From positions 7,650 to 71,649 of the forward strand of contig JAYQBG010000004.1 of assembly GCA_038137215.1 (NCBI GenBank): 64,000 nt of DNA, given 5' to 3'. The notes under the pieces are model-generated. The model did not search any database and had not been told where the DNA came from. It saw nothing but the letters and a program-made list of their open reading frames with translations. The translations under genes and the position numbers were made by a program. Origin of the DNA: Alphaproteobacteria bacterium (GTDB lineage: Bacteria; Pseudomonadota; Alphaproteobacteria; UBA6615). This document shows positions 9,703-18,963 of this stretch, piece after piece. Position 1 is the stretch's first letter, and each line of letters starts with the position of its first letter.

Positions 9703-10110
9703 ATGCCGGACACTTCCGCCGAACGCCTTTCGCGTGACGAACTCCTGCGGATGACTGCGAAGGTGGCGAGTGCCTATGTCGGCAACAACCCCACAGCAGA
9801 TTCCCTGATCACAGAAATCATCCAGACGTTCTATAGCTCCCTGGAAAACCTGGGCAGCAGGCAACCGACGGCCAAACCGGCGGTCCCCATCAAGCGTTCC
9901 ATTACGTCCGACCACATTATTTGCCTGGAAGACGGCAAGAAGCTGAAAATGCTGAAGCGGTATTTGCGCACAACCCACGGCATGAACCCTGACGAGTACA
10001 GGGCCAAATGGGGCGTGGCAGCAGACTATCCGATGGTCGCACCGAACTATGCAAAGCAGCGCTCTGCCTTTGCCCAGGAAATCGGTCTGGGAAAACGTAA
10101 ACGTTCCTGA
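9703..10110 (+). CDS. mucR: MucR/Ros family nucleoid-associated regulator
   Basis: SAYVGNN, PAVPIKRSI, IICLEDGKKLKMLKRYL, YPMVAPNYA. Start placed at ATG 9703 after AGGA. Confidence 0.92.
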   Translation: MPDTSAERLSRDELLRMTAKVASAYVGNNPTADSLITEIIQTFYSSLENLGSRQPTAKPAVPIKRSITSDHIICLEDGKKLKMLKRYLRTTHGMNPDEYRAKWGVAADYPMVAPNYAKQRSAFAQEIGLGKRKRS

Positions 10111-10130
10111 ACCGGTTCTGCTTACCGGCC

Positions 10131-10376
10131 TCAGACGAAGGTTCCGTTTGACCTCAACGGTCCGGGACTGCGTTTGTCCATCATGTATTCCAGCTTGTCC
10201 GAAGCTGCGCGGCGCAAAGCGGCCTCACCCGCATTGACCGGGCCGACAATGGACACTTCCAGTCCCGACCTTGCATCAACGGCACAGACCTTCACCGAGT
10301 TCCCCACCGCAGAGAACTCGAAAATAACATCGCGAGGCCGGTCTCGTTTGTGATCTGTCATACCTCTAGGCGTCAT
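10131..10376 (-). CDS. Small conserved hypothetical protein (DUF6898-like)
   Basis: VIFEFSAVGNSVKVCAVDARSGLEVSIVGP resembles a small alphaproteobacterial family recalled near glyA/mucR. Confidence 0.6.
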   Translation of the reverse strand: MTPRGMTDHKRDRPRDVIFEFSAVGNSVKVCAVDARSGLEVSIVGPVNAGEAALRRAASDKLEYMMDKRSPGPLRSNGTFV

Positions 10377-10468
10377 GTGAGCGTCCCTGCCACTGCGTTG
10401 TGAACTTGTGTTCAGCCACTTCTGTCCGTCGTATAGTTCCGGGAAACAACAGCGGGATAATCAACGCC

Positions 10469-10855
10469 ATGTCATCAGACAATCACAAATTTAGCGTTGA
10501 GCATGCAGATTCCGCGGAATGGACCCCCGGCCTCCGCTCAGACTTCGAATATCGCGATCTCGGGATCAAAGAGGCGACCGGCGGGGCATTTGACGCACAC
10601 ATCATCCGGATTGCAGAGCCCGAGGCCGACCATGAAATCGGCGTACACGCCCATATGACGGATTTTCAGATGATCTATGTATTGCAAGGGTCTGCGCGAT
10701 TCTGGTTCGACGGAAAAGGTGAGATCGAGGTCACAAAAGGTTCGTGCTTCTATCAACCCGATGGCATCATGAACAACGCCCTGCAGATGTCGGAAGACTA
10801 CGAGTTGCTGGAAATCGCCGTACCGGGCAAATTCGAAACCGTGACGCCGGACTGA
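10469..10855 (+). CDS. Cupin domain protein
   Basis: HAHMTDFQMIYVLQG...EVTKGSCFYQP cupin motif. Start placed at ATG 10469. Confidence 0.8.
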   Translation: MSSDNHKFSVEHADSAEWTPGLRSDFEYRDLGIKEATGGAFDAHIIRIAEPEADHEIGVHAHMTDFQMIYVLQGSARFWFDGKGEIEVTKGSCFYQPDGIMNNALQMSEDYELLEIAVPGKFETVTPD

Positions 10856-10956
10856 TACACTCGCAACGTCTCAACTTTTGAACAAATTTCCCGCGATGGG
10901 TATGCTCTCCAGTACAAGTTGCTAATGATGCGCCCTGACCAAATCGGAGTAATCGA

Positions 10957-12180
10957 ATGAGCCTCGCTTTAGAATCCACCAGTACGCCAATTTCAAAAGA
11001 AAAGGCCCGCTTCGATTGGGAAGACCCGTTGTTGTTGAAGGATTCTCTCACTGAGGAAGAGCGCATGGTGCGCGACACCGCGCGCGACTACAGCCAGGAC
11101 AAGCTGATGCCGCGGGTGCTCGAGGCCAATCGCAATGAGGTCTTCCACCGCGAGATCATGAATGAACTCGGTGAACTGGGTCTGCTCGGCTCCACCCTTC
11201 CCGAAAAATATGGTTGCGCCGGCGTCAATCACGTCTGCTACGGGCTGATCGCGCGCGAGGTTGAGCGGGTGGATTCGGGGTATCGCTCGGCGTTGTCCGT
11301 GCAGTCCTCACTCGTAATGTGGCCGATTTACGCCTACGGCTCCGAAGAACAGCGGATGAAGTACCTTCCCAAGCTCGCAACCGGCGAATGGGTGGGTGCG
11401 TTCGGGCTGACCGAGCCCGATCACGGATCTGACCCGGGCAGCATGGTCACCCGGGCGAAATCCGTCGATGGCGGCTTCCAGTTGAATGGCGCCAAAATGT
11501 GGATTTCCAACGCACCGATTGCGGATGTGTTCGTGGTCTGGGCCAAGGATGACGAGGGTGTGATCCGCGGCTTCATTCTCGAGCGTGACATGGAAGGTCT
11601 TTCGACCCCGAAGATCGACGGCAAATTTTCCCTGCGCGCCTCATCCACCGGCGAAGTGGCCATGGACGACGTCTTTGTCCCGGCCGAAAACCAGCTGCCC
11701 AATGCGCGCGGGCTGGGCGGCCCCTTCGGCTGCCTGAACAAGGCGCGATACGGCATCTCCTGGGGGGCGCTGGGCGCAGCCGAGTTCTGCTGGCAGGCCG
11801 CCCGCGAATACACCATGGAACGCAAGCAGTTCGGACGTCCCCTGGCCGCCAATCAGTTGATTCAGAAGAAGCTCGCCGACATGCAGACCGAGATCACTCT
11901 GGGCCTGCATTCGTGCCTGCGTCTCGGCCGCCTGCTCGATGAAGACCGGGCCACGCCGGAGATGATTTCACTGATGAAGCGCAACAATGCAGGCAAGGCA
12001 CTCGACATTGCCCGGGTTGCCCGCGACATGCATGGCGGCAACGGAATCTCTGACGAGTATCACGTGATCCGACATGTGATGAATCTGGAATCGGTGAACA
12101 CCTACGAAGGCACTCACGATATCCACGCATTGATCCTGGGACGTGCGCAGACGGGGATTCAATCCTTTACCGGCGCCTGA
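10957..12180 (+). CDS. gcdH: Glutaryl-CoA dehydrogenase (acyl-CoA dehydrogenase)
   Basis: [62 protein letters not shown]. Confidence 0.92.
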   Translation: MSLALESTSTPISKEKARFDWEDPLLLKDSLTEEERMVRDTARDYSQDKLMPRVLEANRNEVFHREIMNELGELGLLGSTLPEKYGCAGVNHVCYGLIAREVERVDSGYRSALSVQSSLVMWPIYAYGSEEQRMKYLPKLATGEWVGAFGLTEPDHGSDPGSMVTRAKSVDGGFQLNGAKMWISNAPIADVFVVWAKDDEGVIRGFILERDMEGLSTPKIDGKFSLRASSTGEVAMDDVFVPAENQLPNARGLGGPFGCLNKARYGISWGALGAAEFCWQAAREYTMERKQFGRPLAANQLIQKKLADMQTEITLGLHSCLRLGRLLDEDRATPEMISLMKRNNAGKALDIARVARDMHGGNGISDEYHVIRHVMNLESVNTYEGTHDIHALILGRAQTGIQSFTGA

Positions 12181-12798
12181 TCAGGCATCGCCCTCAGCGA
12201 TGCGGGCGTCGACTGCTGGGGCCTCCACCGGATTGAAGTTGATGCAAAACCGTTTGGCATCTTCACAGGACAATTCCGCCTGTTTGTAACCGCAACGCAT
12301 GTTGCCGTTGTCGGTTGCGCCTTCGAAATGGCCACAAGCGTCGCAAATGCCCATCCCCTGCCCGCCGCAGCGTGACTGCATGTCGGCGCAAAGGGCATTG
12401 AGGCCCTGCTTCATGGTGTCCACCACCTCGTCGGGAAGTCTTTCAATCGCCAGATCCAGACAATTCAGAGGGTCTTCCGCCAGCAGGGCTTGCCCCTCAT
12501 CGGTGATCTCGATGTGACGAACCCGTTTGTCGTCGGGATCTGGGACACGTTTGAGGTAGCCCTTCTTTTCCAGCGCATTGAGCGTCTGGCTGGCCGTTCC
12601 CTTGGTGGTTCCGAGGAACACGGCGAGCGCGCCCGGGGTCTGCGAAAAACGATTCGCCTGCGCCACAAAGCGCAAACTGTCCCACTGCGCCGGGTTCAAG
12701 CCATGACAATACTGCAGACCACGTGCCATGCGACCGATACGGTCGAGGAGCCGTGAGAGGCTCTCTTTGTCAGTAATTTCAGTGGTTTGCGCGCTCAT
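12181..12798 (-). CDS. MarR family regulator with a Cys-rich C-terminal extension
   Basis: LNPAQWDSLRF, TKGTASQTLNALEKKGYL, DKRVRHIEIT; tail CDACGHF...RC...C...FC. Confidence 0.85.
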   Translation of the reverse strand: MSAQTTEITDKESLSRLLDRIGRMARGLQYCHGLNPAQWDSLRFVAQANRFSQTPGALAVFLGTTKGTASQTLNALEKKGYLKRVPDPDDKRVRHIEITDEGQALLAEDPLNCLDLAIERLPDEVVDTMKQGLNALCADMQSRCGGQGMGICDACGHFEGATDNGNMRCGYKQAELSCEDAKRFCINFNPVEAPAVDARIAEGDA

Positions 12799-12863
12799 AT
12801 TATCCTGTTCTTATAGCTCGCTAACCCACACGTTTCTACACTGATTTTATATTTTTTGGATAG

Positions 12864-12876
12864 TATCGAGTCGATA
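12864..12876. promoter_or_regulatory. Palindromic operator candidate 1 (TATCGA-G-TCGATA)
   Basis: Perfect 6-1-6 inverted repeat in the divergent marR/rpoH2 gap; repeated at 12918. Confidence 0.6.
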
Positions 12877-12917
12877 GAGACTTGTTCGGGAACGGATCTG
12901 CACGTATATTCTATTTG

Positions 12918-12930
12918 TATCGAGTCGAAA
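12918..12930. promoter_or_regulatory. Palindromic operator candidate 2 (TATCGAGTCGAAA)
   Basis: 12/13 identical to the site at 12864, 54 bp downstream. Confidence 0.55.
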
Positions 12931-12988
12931 CCAACCGGAACACCGTCATACGGGTCGATATAGCCCCTGACGGTAATTTGTCAAAGGA

Positions 12989-13891
12989 ATGAGCACTATG
13001 GCTGCTTTTGCATCTCAGGCGATCGAACAAGGTAACCGTCGCTACGCCAACAGCGTGATGAAAGCTCCTATCCTGGAACGTGAAGAGGAATTCGAGCTTG
13101 CCCGCCGCTGGCGTGAAGACAAACACGAGCCGTCTCTCCACAAACTGATCGAGGCCTATGCACGCTATGTGCTGAAAATGGCTTGGAAGTTCCGTGGTTA
13201 CGGCCTGCCGGTCGGCGACCTCGTGCAGGAAGGCAATATTGGCCTGATGGAGGCCGCGCAGCGCTTCGACACCTCCCATGACGCGCGGTTTTCGACCTAT
13301 GCATCCTGGTGGATCATGGCCGCCATTCAGGATTACATCCTTCGCAACACGTCGATTGTGCGTGTCGCAACCACGCCCGCGCAGCGGCGCCTGTTTTTCA
13401 ACCTCCGCAAGGTCCGCGCGCAGATTGCCACCGGTGCCAACGGAGAACTGACAGACGAAGACCGCGATCTCGTAGCCGACCGGCTGCAGGTCAAGCACGC
13501 CGATGTGGTGCGGATGGAAGCCCATCTCGGGGGCCCAGACAATTCCCTCAACGCGAGCTACGGCGAGGAGGATGATTTCGAATTCCAGGACGCGTTGCCT
13601 GATGAAGGTCCGAATCCCGAAGAAATTACGGCGTGGCAGCACGACGGCAAGGTTCGTTCGGCATGGGTAGAAGATGCGCTGGAAACCTTGAGTGAACGCG
13701 AGCGGGAAATCATCGTCCAAAGGTTCCTGAGCGAAGAGAAGAACACACTCTCGGATATCGGCGAGACCTTCGGGGTCAGCAAGGAGCGTATTCGGCAGAT
13801 TGAGGCCAAGGCTCTCGACAAACTGAAGGTGGCGTTGGCCGAGCATGGATCCGATGCAAAGGCCATCCTCGATAACGACCTGCTCGTGTGA
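12989..13891 (+). CDS. rpoH2: RNA polymerase sigma-32 family factor, RpoH2-type
   Basis: DLVQEGNIGLMEAAQRFD, RFSTYASWWI, RpoH box-like TTPAQRRLFFNLR, GVSKERIRQIE. Confidence 0.9.
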   Translation: MSTMAAFASQAIEQGNRRYANSVMKAPILEREEEFELARRWREDKHEPSLHKLIEAYARYVLKMAWKFRGYGLPVGDLVQEGNIGLMEAAQRFDTSHDARFSTYASWWIMAAIQDYILRNTSIVRVATTPAQRRLFFNLRKVRAQIATGANGELTDEDRDLVADRLQVKHADVVRMEAHLGGPDNSLNASYGEEDDFEFQDALPDEGPNPEEITAWQHDGKVRSAWVEDALETLSEREREIIVQRFLSEEKNTLSDIGETFGVSKERIRQIEAKALDKLKVALAEHGSDAKAILDNDLLV

Positions 13892-13917
13892 CCGGAAACC
13901 TGAGAGTGCAGGAAAAC

Positions 13918-13946
13918 AAAAGGGCGGCCTGATGGCCGCCCTTTTT
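13918..13946. terminator. Bidirectional intrinsic terminator
   Basis: AAAAGGGCGGCC-TGAT-GGCCGCCCTTTTT between the convergent rpoH2 and ldtR-like genes. Confidence 0.85.
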
Positions 13947-13978
13947 CATGTCTGTATCGCGGGAGAAACTTCCGAAAG

Positions 13979-14464
13979 TCAGGCGGCAGTGCCCACCCGG
14001 AAGAACTCGGCGATCCGCGGGCCAAACCCGAGTTGCTGCAACCAGAAACGTTCGACGTCGCGCAACGCCTCGTTGGCTTCACAGAGGTTCTGTTCGTCAA
14101 TGCCATCTGCGATGGTTTCCACATAACGCTCGAACATGTCTTCCAGAAGCCGGCTGAGCTCAAGGCCCTTGTCGGTCAGGCGCACACGAACCGAACGCCG
14201 GTCATGAGACGAACGTTCCTGATGGAGATAACCATGCTCGGTCATCTTCTTGACGTTGTAGGACACATTGAACCCGAGATAGTAACCCCGCAGGGTCAAC
14301 TCGCCGACGGTAAGTTCCTCGCCGCCGATGTTGTAAAGGATCAGGGACTGGACGTTGTTGATGTCACGGATATCGTGGGCTTCCAGCTCGGATTTGATAA
14401 CCTCGAGAAACTGGCGATGCATCCGTTTCAAAAGAACGATGGTGGACAGGTAGGTCTGTTTCAT
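13979..14464 (-). CDS. ldtR: LdtR-like MarR family regulator
   Basis: RMHRQFLEVIK, DINNVQSLILYNIG, GELTLRGYYLGFNVSYNVKK, DRRSVRVRLT; GGAGG RBS before ATG 14464. Confidence 0.8.
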   Translation of the reverse strand: MKQTYLSTIVLLKRMHRQFLEVIKSELEAHDIRDINNVQSLILYNIGGEELTVGELTLRGYYLGFNVSYNVKKMTEHGYLHQERSSHDRRSVRVRLTDKGLELSRLLEDMFERYVETIADGIDEQNLCEANEALRDVERFWLQQLGFGPRIAEFFRVGTAA

Positions 14465-14518
14465 TGCTGCGCCTCCCGCGTTTGAGCGCAATTTCCATCG
14501 ATCATCATCACAGGCTCA

Positions 14519-14535
14519 GGTTAATGAGCACTTAA
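14519..14535 (-). promoter_or_regulatory. CtrA-binding site candidate
   Basis: Minus strand reads TTAA-GTGCTCA-TTAACC, a full TTAA-N7-TTAAC match, 55 bp upstream of the ldtR-like start. Confidence 0.6.
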
Positions 14536-14622
14536 GCGTAAGATGTTTGGTCCCCGGTCTTGGCCCACCTGCATCCTTGCGGCTAAGGTGCGCCCGTTTT
14601 CGACCGGACAGCAGGAGTTCCC

Positions 14623-15639
14623 ATGTCACGTGGCCCATCCACGCCTGTCGGCGTCTTTCCGCAAACCCGCATGCGCCGAAACCGCCGCTGGGACTGGTCA
14701 CGCCGGCTTGTGCGCGAAAACACGCTGACCCCGGCCGATCTGATCTGGCCGGTCTTTGTGTGCGATGGCAAAGACCACATAGAAAACGTCCCCACCATGC
14801 CCGGCGTGGTGCGGCATTCACCAGACCGACTGCCCGCGGCTGTGGCGGAAGCCAAATCCCTGGGAATCCCGGCGGTCGCGATCTTCCCGGCCACGCCGGC
14901 GAGTGTCAAAACACCGGGCGCCGAGGAAGCCTGGAACCCGGACAATCTGGTCTGTCAGGCGGTCAAATCGATCAAGGACGCGCATCCCGATATGGGGGTG
15001 ATGTGCGATGTGGCCCTGGACCCGTTCAATTCCGATGGTCATGACGGGCTTGTCCGCGACGGCCAGGTGGTCAATGACGAAACTGTTGAGGCGCTGTGCC
15101 GCCAGGCGCTGGTTCAGGTTGCGGCCGGCTGCGATGTCATCGCGCCATCGGACATGATGGACGGAAGAATCGGTGCACTCCGCACAGCGCTTGATGCGGA
15201 CGGCCACGGCGACGTTCTTCTGATGGCCTATGCCGCCAAATACGCCTCCGGATTCTACGGCCCGTTCCGAGATGCTATCGAGAGTACGGGCGCCCTCAAA
15301 GGCGCGGGCAAGGACACCTACCAGATGGACCCGGCCAATTCCGATGAAGCGCTGCGCGAAGTGGCACTCGACATACAGGAAGGCGCGGACATGGTGATGG
15401 TCAAACCGGGTCTGCCCTATCTCGATATTGTCTACCGCGTGAAGGAAAGGTTCGGCGTACCGACCTTCGCCTACAATGTGAGCGGCGAATACGCGATGCT
15501 ACGGATTGCCGCTGAAAACGGTGCGCTCGACTACAATCGGGTCATGATGGAGAGCCTGATCGCGTTCAAGCGCGCGGGCTGCAATGGCATCCTGACCTAT
15601 TCCGCAGTCGATGCGGCCCGAATCCTCAATGACAGCTGA
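14623..15639 (+). CDS. hemB: Porphobilinogen synthase (type lacking the Zn-binding Cys ligands)
   Basis: RMRRNR, CDVALDPFNSDGHDG, APSDMMDGR, YAAKYASGFYGPFRDA, MVKPG, YNVSGEYAM. Confidence 0.96.
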   Translation: MSRGPSTPVGVFPQTRMRRNRRWDWSRRLVRENTLTPADLIWPVFVCDGKDHIENVPTMPGVVRHSPDRLPAAVAEAKSLGIPAVAIFPATPASVKTPGAEEAWNPDNLVCQAVKSIKDAHPDMGVMCDVALDPFNSDGHDGLVRDGQVVNDETVEALCRQALVQVAAGCDVIAPSDMMDGRIGALRTALDADGHGDVLLMAYAAKYASGFYGPFRDAIESTGALKGAGKDTYQMDPANSDEALREVALDIQEGADMVMVKPGLPYLDIVYRVKERFGVPTFAYNVSGEYAMLRIAAENGALDYNRVMMESLIAFKRAGCNGILTYSAVDAARILNDS

Positions 15640-16222
15640 TCTCGAGACCGCAGAAGCGCCGCCACCGGCGCTGCATGTACGCTACAATCCGAAAATTCAG
15701 CTGTTTCGGTTCGCAGCGATCCTGGCAGTCGCAGCACTGTGCCTGTTCATTCCCTATGCCGCGGAAGACCAGGGACCCGATGCATGGCGATTTGCAGGGA
15801 TACTGATCGCCGCGGCGGTTCTCTGGGCGTTCTGGACGCTTCGTCTCGTGCGAGACCACACGCCGCAGATCATTGTCGATGAGAACGGGGTCTATGTCCG
15901 CGAATGGATGGTCGGCACGGTATCGTGGGATAACATCGAATACATCGCCCATTCGAGTTCGATCCGGCGTGGTCTGGTGGCTTCGGTGACCCGGACCCGT
16001 CGCAAACCCTATCTGCTTTTTCGGTTTGTTGAGACCCCCAAGATAAAGCCCAACGCGCCTCCGCCCTTCGGCTGGGTGCAGTACATATCGGCCGAGTTCG
16101 CCATTCAGGAACCGGTTATCCAGCAATACGGTCTTGATACGCCCGTGAACGATATCCTGAAGCAGATTCAGGCCCATATCGAATATTGGCGGCTCCACAC
16201 CGACACCCTATTAAACGAATAA
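15629..16222 (+). CDS. Hypothetical 2-TM membrane protein
   Basis: Two hydrophobic helices followed by a soluble domain (VDENGVYVREWMVGTVSWDNI, possibly PH-like); overlaps the hemB stop. Confidence 0.65.
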   Translation: MTADLETAEAPPPALHVRYNPKIQLFRFAAILAVAALCLFIPYAAEDQGPDAWRFAGILIAAAVLWAFWTLRLVRDHTPQIIVDENGVYVREWMVGTVSWDNIEYIAHSSSIRRGLVASVTRTRRKPYLLFRFVETPKIKPNAPPPFGWVQYISAEFAIQEPVIQQYGLDTPVNDILKQIQAHIEYWRLHTDTLLNE

Positions 16223-16352
16223 TTTGTGTGATTTAAATATTATTCCGTCATTAACTTGTTAATAATGGCTTGGGGTTCTATCTAATCCTCAGTGTGTCAT
16301 TTAGGCATGCCGTTTTGGCGATGCTCGCGACGCAGATTCAGAGGAGAGAAAA

Positions 16353-17012
16353 ATGACGGTCCAGATTGGCAGTACGGCCCCCGATTTCGAGGCTCAAACG
16401 ACGGACGGCAAGATCAGCTTCCACGACTGGCTCGGCGACAGCTGGGGCATTCTGTTTTCCCACCCGAAGGATTTCACCCCGGTCTGCACGACAGAACTGG
16501 GTTATATGGCCAAACTCAAGCCCGAGTTCGACAAGCGCAATGTCAAAATCATCGGGCTAAGTGTGGACCCGGTGGACAACCACGAAAAATGGGTCGCCGA
16601 TATTGAGGAGACCCAGGGCGCCAAGGTCACCTACCCGATGATCGGCGATACCGAACTGACGGTCGCAAAGCTCTACGGCATGCTTCCGGCCGATGAAACC
16701 GGTACTGCCGAGGGTCGGACGGCAGCCACCAATGCGACAGTGCGCAACGTGTACGTCATCGGTCCGGACAAGCAGGTGAAACTTATCATTTCCTACCCGA
16801 TGAGCACCGGACGAAACTTCGATGAGATTTTGCGCGTTATCGATTCCCTGCAACTTACCGCCGACCACAAGGTCGCCACACCGGTGAACTGGAAGGACGG
16901 CGAAGATGTGATCATCCTTCCTGCCGTGTCAGATGAGGACGCCAGGAAGGCCTATCCCGACGGATGGAATGCGCCCAAGCCATATCTTCGGATCGTGCCG
17001 CAGCCTCAATAA
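16353..17012 (+). CDS. 1-Cys peroxiredoxin (Prx6 family)
   Basis: FSHPKDFTPVCTTELG, GRNFDEILRVIDSLQLT, TPVNWKDG, KPYLRIVPQP; GAGGAG RBS. Confidence 0.95.
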   Translation: MTVQIGSTAPDFEAQTTDGKISFHDWLGDSWGILFSHPKDFTPVCTTELGYMAKLKPEFDKRNVKIIGLSVDPVDNHEKWVADIEETQGAKVTYPMIGDTELTVAKLYGMLPADETGTAEGRTAATNATVRNVYVIGPDKQVKLIISYPMSTGRNFDEILRVIDSLQLTADHKVATPVNWKDGEDVIILPAVSDEDARKAYPDGWNAPKPYLRIVPQPQ

Positions 17013-17030
17013 GCATCTCGTACAGACTGG

Positions 17031-17060
17031 AAACGGGCGTGCCTTCAGGTGCGCCCGTTT
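17031..17060. terminator. Intrinsic terminator after the peroxiredoxin (probably bidirectional)
   Basis: AAACGGGCGTGC-CTTCAG-GTGCGCCCGTTT hairpin between convergent genes. Confidence 0.7.
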
Positions 17061-18023
17061 TCATATTGCGATCTTGAAAAAGGCCACCGCACACCGGTCA
17101 TGCCAGCGGCCACTGCGTCCGTGAAATCCGACATGCCCCCCGCCCCGCGCAATCTCGATCCGCAGGTTGGCCGGCAATTCACCAACATCTCGATACATGT
17201 CGGTCGGTATCCAGGGGTCGGAGTCCCCATGAAGCAGAAGCGTGGAGACCCTGATGTCCTTTAGAAACTGGCGGGACATGTTCTGCGCATAGTAATCCGC
17301 CGCATCGGCGAACCCGTTGAGCGGCGCAACAACACCGTTATCAAACTCACGAATGGTTTCCGCGGATTTCAATGCGGACCGCTGTTTGTCGTCAATTTCA
17401 AGCGGTCCTCCTGTCCAGTCAGACTTCATCCGGTCCAGTAACCAGCCGTGATAGCCACGGTTGCGTGACGCTTCAAGCCTTGTCGAGGCAGCTGCCAGAT
17501 CGAGCGGTGCCGACACTGATATGGCCCGCGCGACACGCGCACCCGTGCCAGTTTCCCCGAGATATTTGAGAAGCAGGTTTCCGCCCAGCGAATACCCCAT
17601 GGCGTAAATACCTCGGGGTGCCTGTCCGTCAGCGTGGAGGGTCTCGAGTGCGAGCCGCAGGTCTTCGCTGCGGCCGGCATGATACATCTCCCGGCAATTT
17701 TCCCGGGACGGCCCGGCGCCGCGCAGATTGAACCGGAATACATCAAAGCCGGCCTCAAGCAGGTGGCGCGCGCTGGCACGGACATAGGCACTGTCTTCGC
17801 AGCCCGTCAGACCATGGACGAGAACGACCAGTGGTTTCGATCCATCCCGGGCGCGGTGCATCACGCCTTCAAGGCGGTCACCGTTCGAAGCCATGAAGGT
17901 CAGGCGTGTTCCTGACCAAGGCTCAAGGTCTGCGTGGTCGCGCAGGACGGCATTTCGGATGGTCTGCAGGTCGCCGCCGAACCAAGGTGCGCGCTCGCGA
18001 AACTCCGGCAGGGCAATTTTCAT
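17061..18023 (-). CDS. YheT-family alpha/beta hydrolase
   Basis: GGDLQT, HGLTGC, NLRGAG, GYSLGGN nucleophile, DDPWI-like DSDPWI, GGHVGF. Confidence 0.9.
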   Translation of the reverse strand: MKIALPEFRERAPWFGGDLQTIRNAVLRDHADLEPWSGTRLTFMASNGDRLEGVMHRARDGSKPLVVLVHGLTGCEDSAYVRASARHLLEAGFDVFRFNLRGAGPSRENCREMYHAGRSEDLRLALETLHADGQAPRGIYAMGYSLGGNLLLKYLGETGTGARVARAISVSAPLDLAAASTRLEASRNRGYHGWLLDRMKSDWTGGPLEIDDKQRSALKSAETIREFDNGVVAPLNGFADAADYYAQNMSRQFLKDIRVSTLLLHGDSDPWIPTDMYRDVGELPANLRIEIARGGGHVGFHGRSGRWHDRCAVAFFKIAI

Positions 18024-18859
18024 TCCGTAAGAAAGCCGGTGATGGCGCTGATCTGGTCATCGGCCATAAGCGCGGGGGCATGGCCAATATTCGCGAACTC
18101 GATCACCTGAGCCTGCGGACCGCGCCGTGACATCTGTTGCGCAACCGCGGAAGGCAGAATTTCGGATTCAGCACCACGCAGGGCGAGTGTCGGCACGGCG
18201 ATCATATCCCAGACGCGCCAGAGGTCGGCGTCCTCGGCGGGCGCCGCAACAATCGGCTTTCGAATATCCGGGTCATAGGCCGATGTGACCCGGCCAGAAT
18301 CGGTGACACGCGACGACGTTTCAGCCAGGTGGCGCCACTGGTCATCCGTCAGTGCGCCAAAGGGCGACCAGATCCAGCGCAGATAGGTCTCGAACTCTTT
18401 CACGTCTGCGAAGTCGGGATCGGTCCCGACATACTCGCGTATCAGCGCCACGGATTCCTTCGAGACGAAAGGACCCACATCGTTGAGCACAAGGCGGCGG
18501 AGAGGACAAGGTTGCTGCACGGCCAGTAACATGCCGATTATCCCCCCCATGGACGTCCCCACGAGATCAACCTCATTGATGTCCAGATGCGAGATCAAAG
18601 CCAGCACATCGCTCACATACTGCGGCATGTCATAGCTCATCGGATCCGGCAGCCAGTCGCTTTTGCCGCGACCGACAACATCCAAACAGATTACCCGATG
18701 GGTTTGCGAAAGCGCGGCTGCAACCATATCGAATGACCGGCACATCAAGGTCAGGCCATGCAAACAGATCACCGCCGGGCCGTCTTCCGGACCCCATTCG
18801 GTAAAGTGTAGTTGATGCTGCCCTTGCGGGTTTTGCGCCATGAAAGAACGTGACCGCAT
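18020..18859 (-). CDS. Alpha/beta fold hydrolase
   Basis: CLHGLT, DVVGRGKSDWL, GTSMGG, LNDVGP, GHAPALM. Confidence 0.9.
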   Translation of the reverse strand: MRSRSFMAQNPQGQHQLHFTEWGPEDGPAVICLHGLTLMCRSFDMVAAALSQTHRVICLDVVGRGKSDWLPDPMSYDMPQYVSDVLALISHLDINEVDLVGTSMGGIIGMLLAVQQPCPLRRLVLNDVGPFVSKESVALIREYVGTDPDFADVKEFETYLRWIWSPFGALTDDQWRHLAETSSRVTDSGRVTSAYDPDIRKPIVAAPAEDADLWRVWDMIAVPTLALRGAESEILPSAVAQQMSRRGPQAQVIEFANIGHAPALMADDQISAITGFLTE

Positions 18860-18963
18860 CGCAGCGAGCCTCTAACGTCGGGACGAGTGTGCGGGATCGT
18901 AACTCACACCGCGCAGCCCACCAAGGCCCAGACAGAAAACTCCGACAGCAAACATAGATCACC

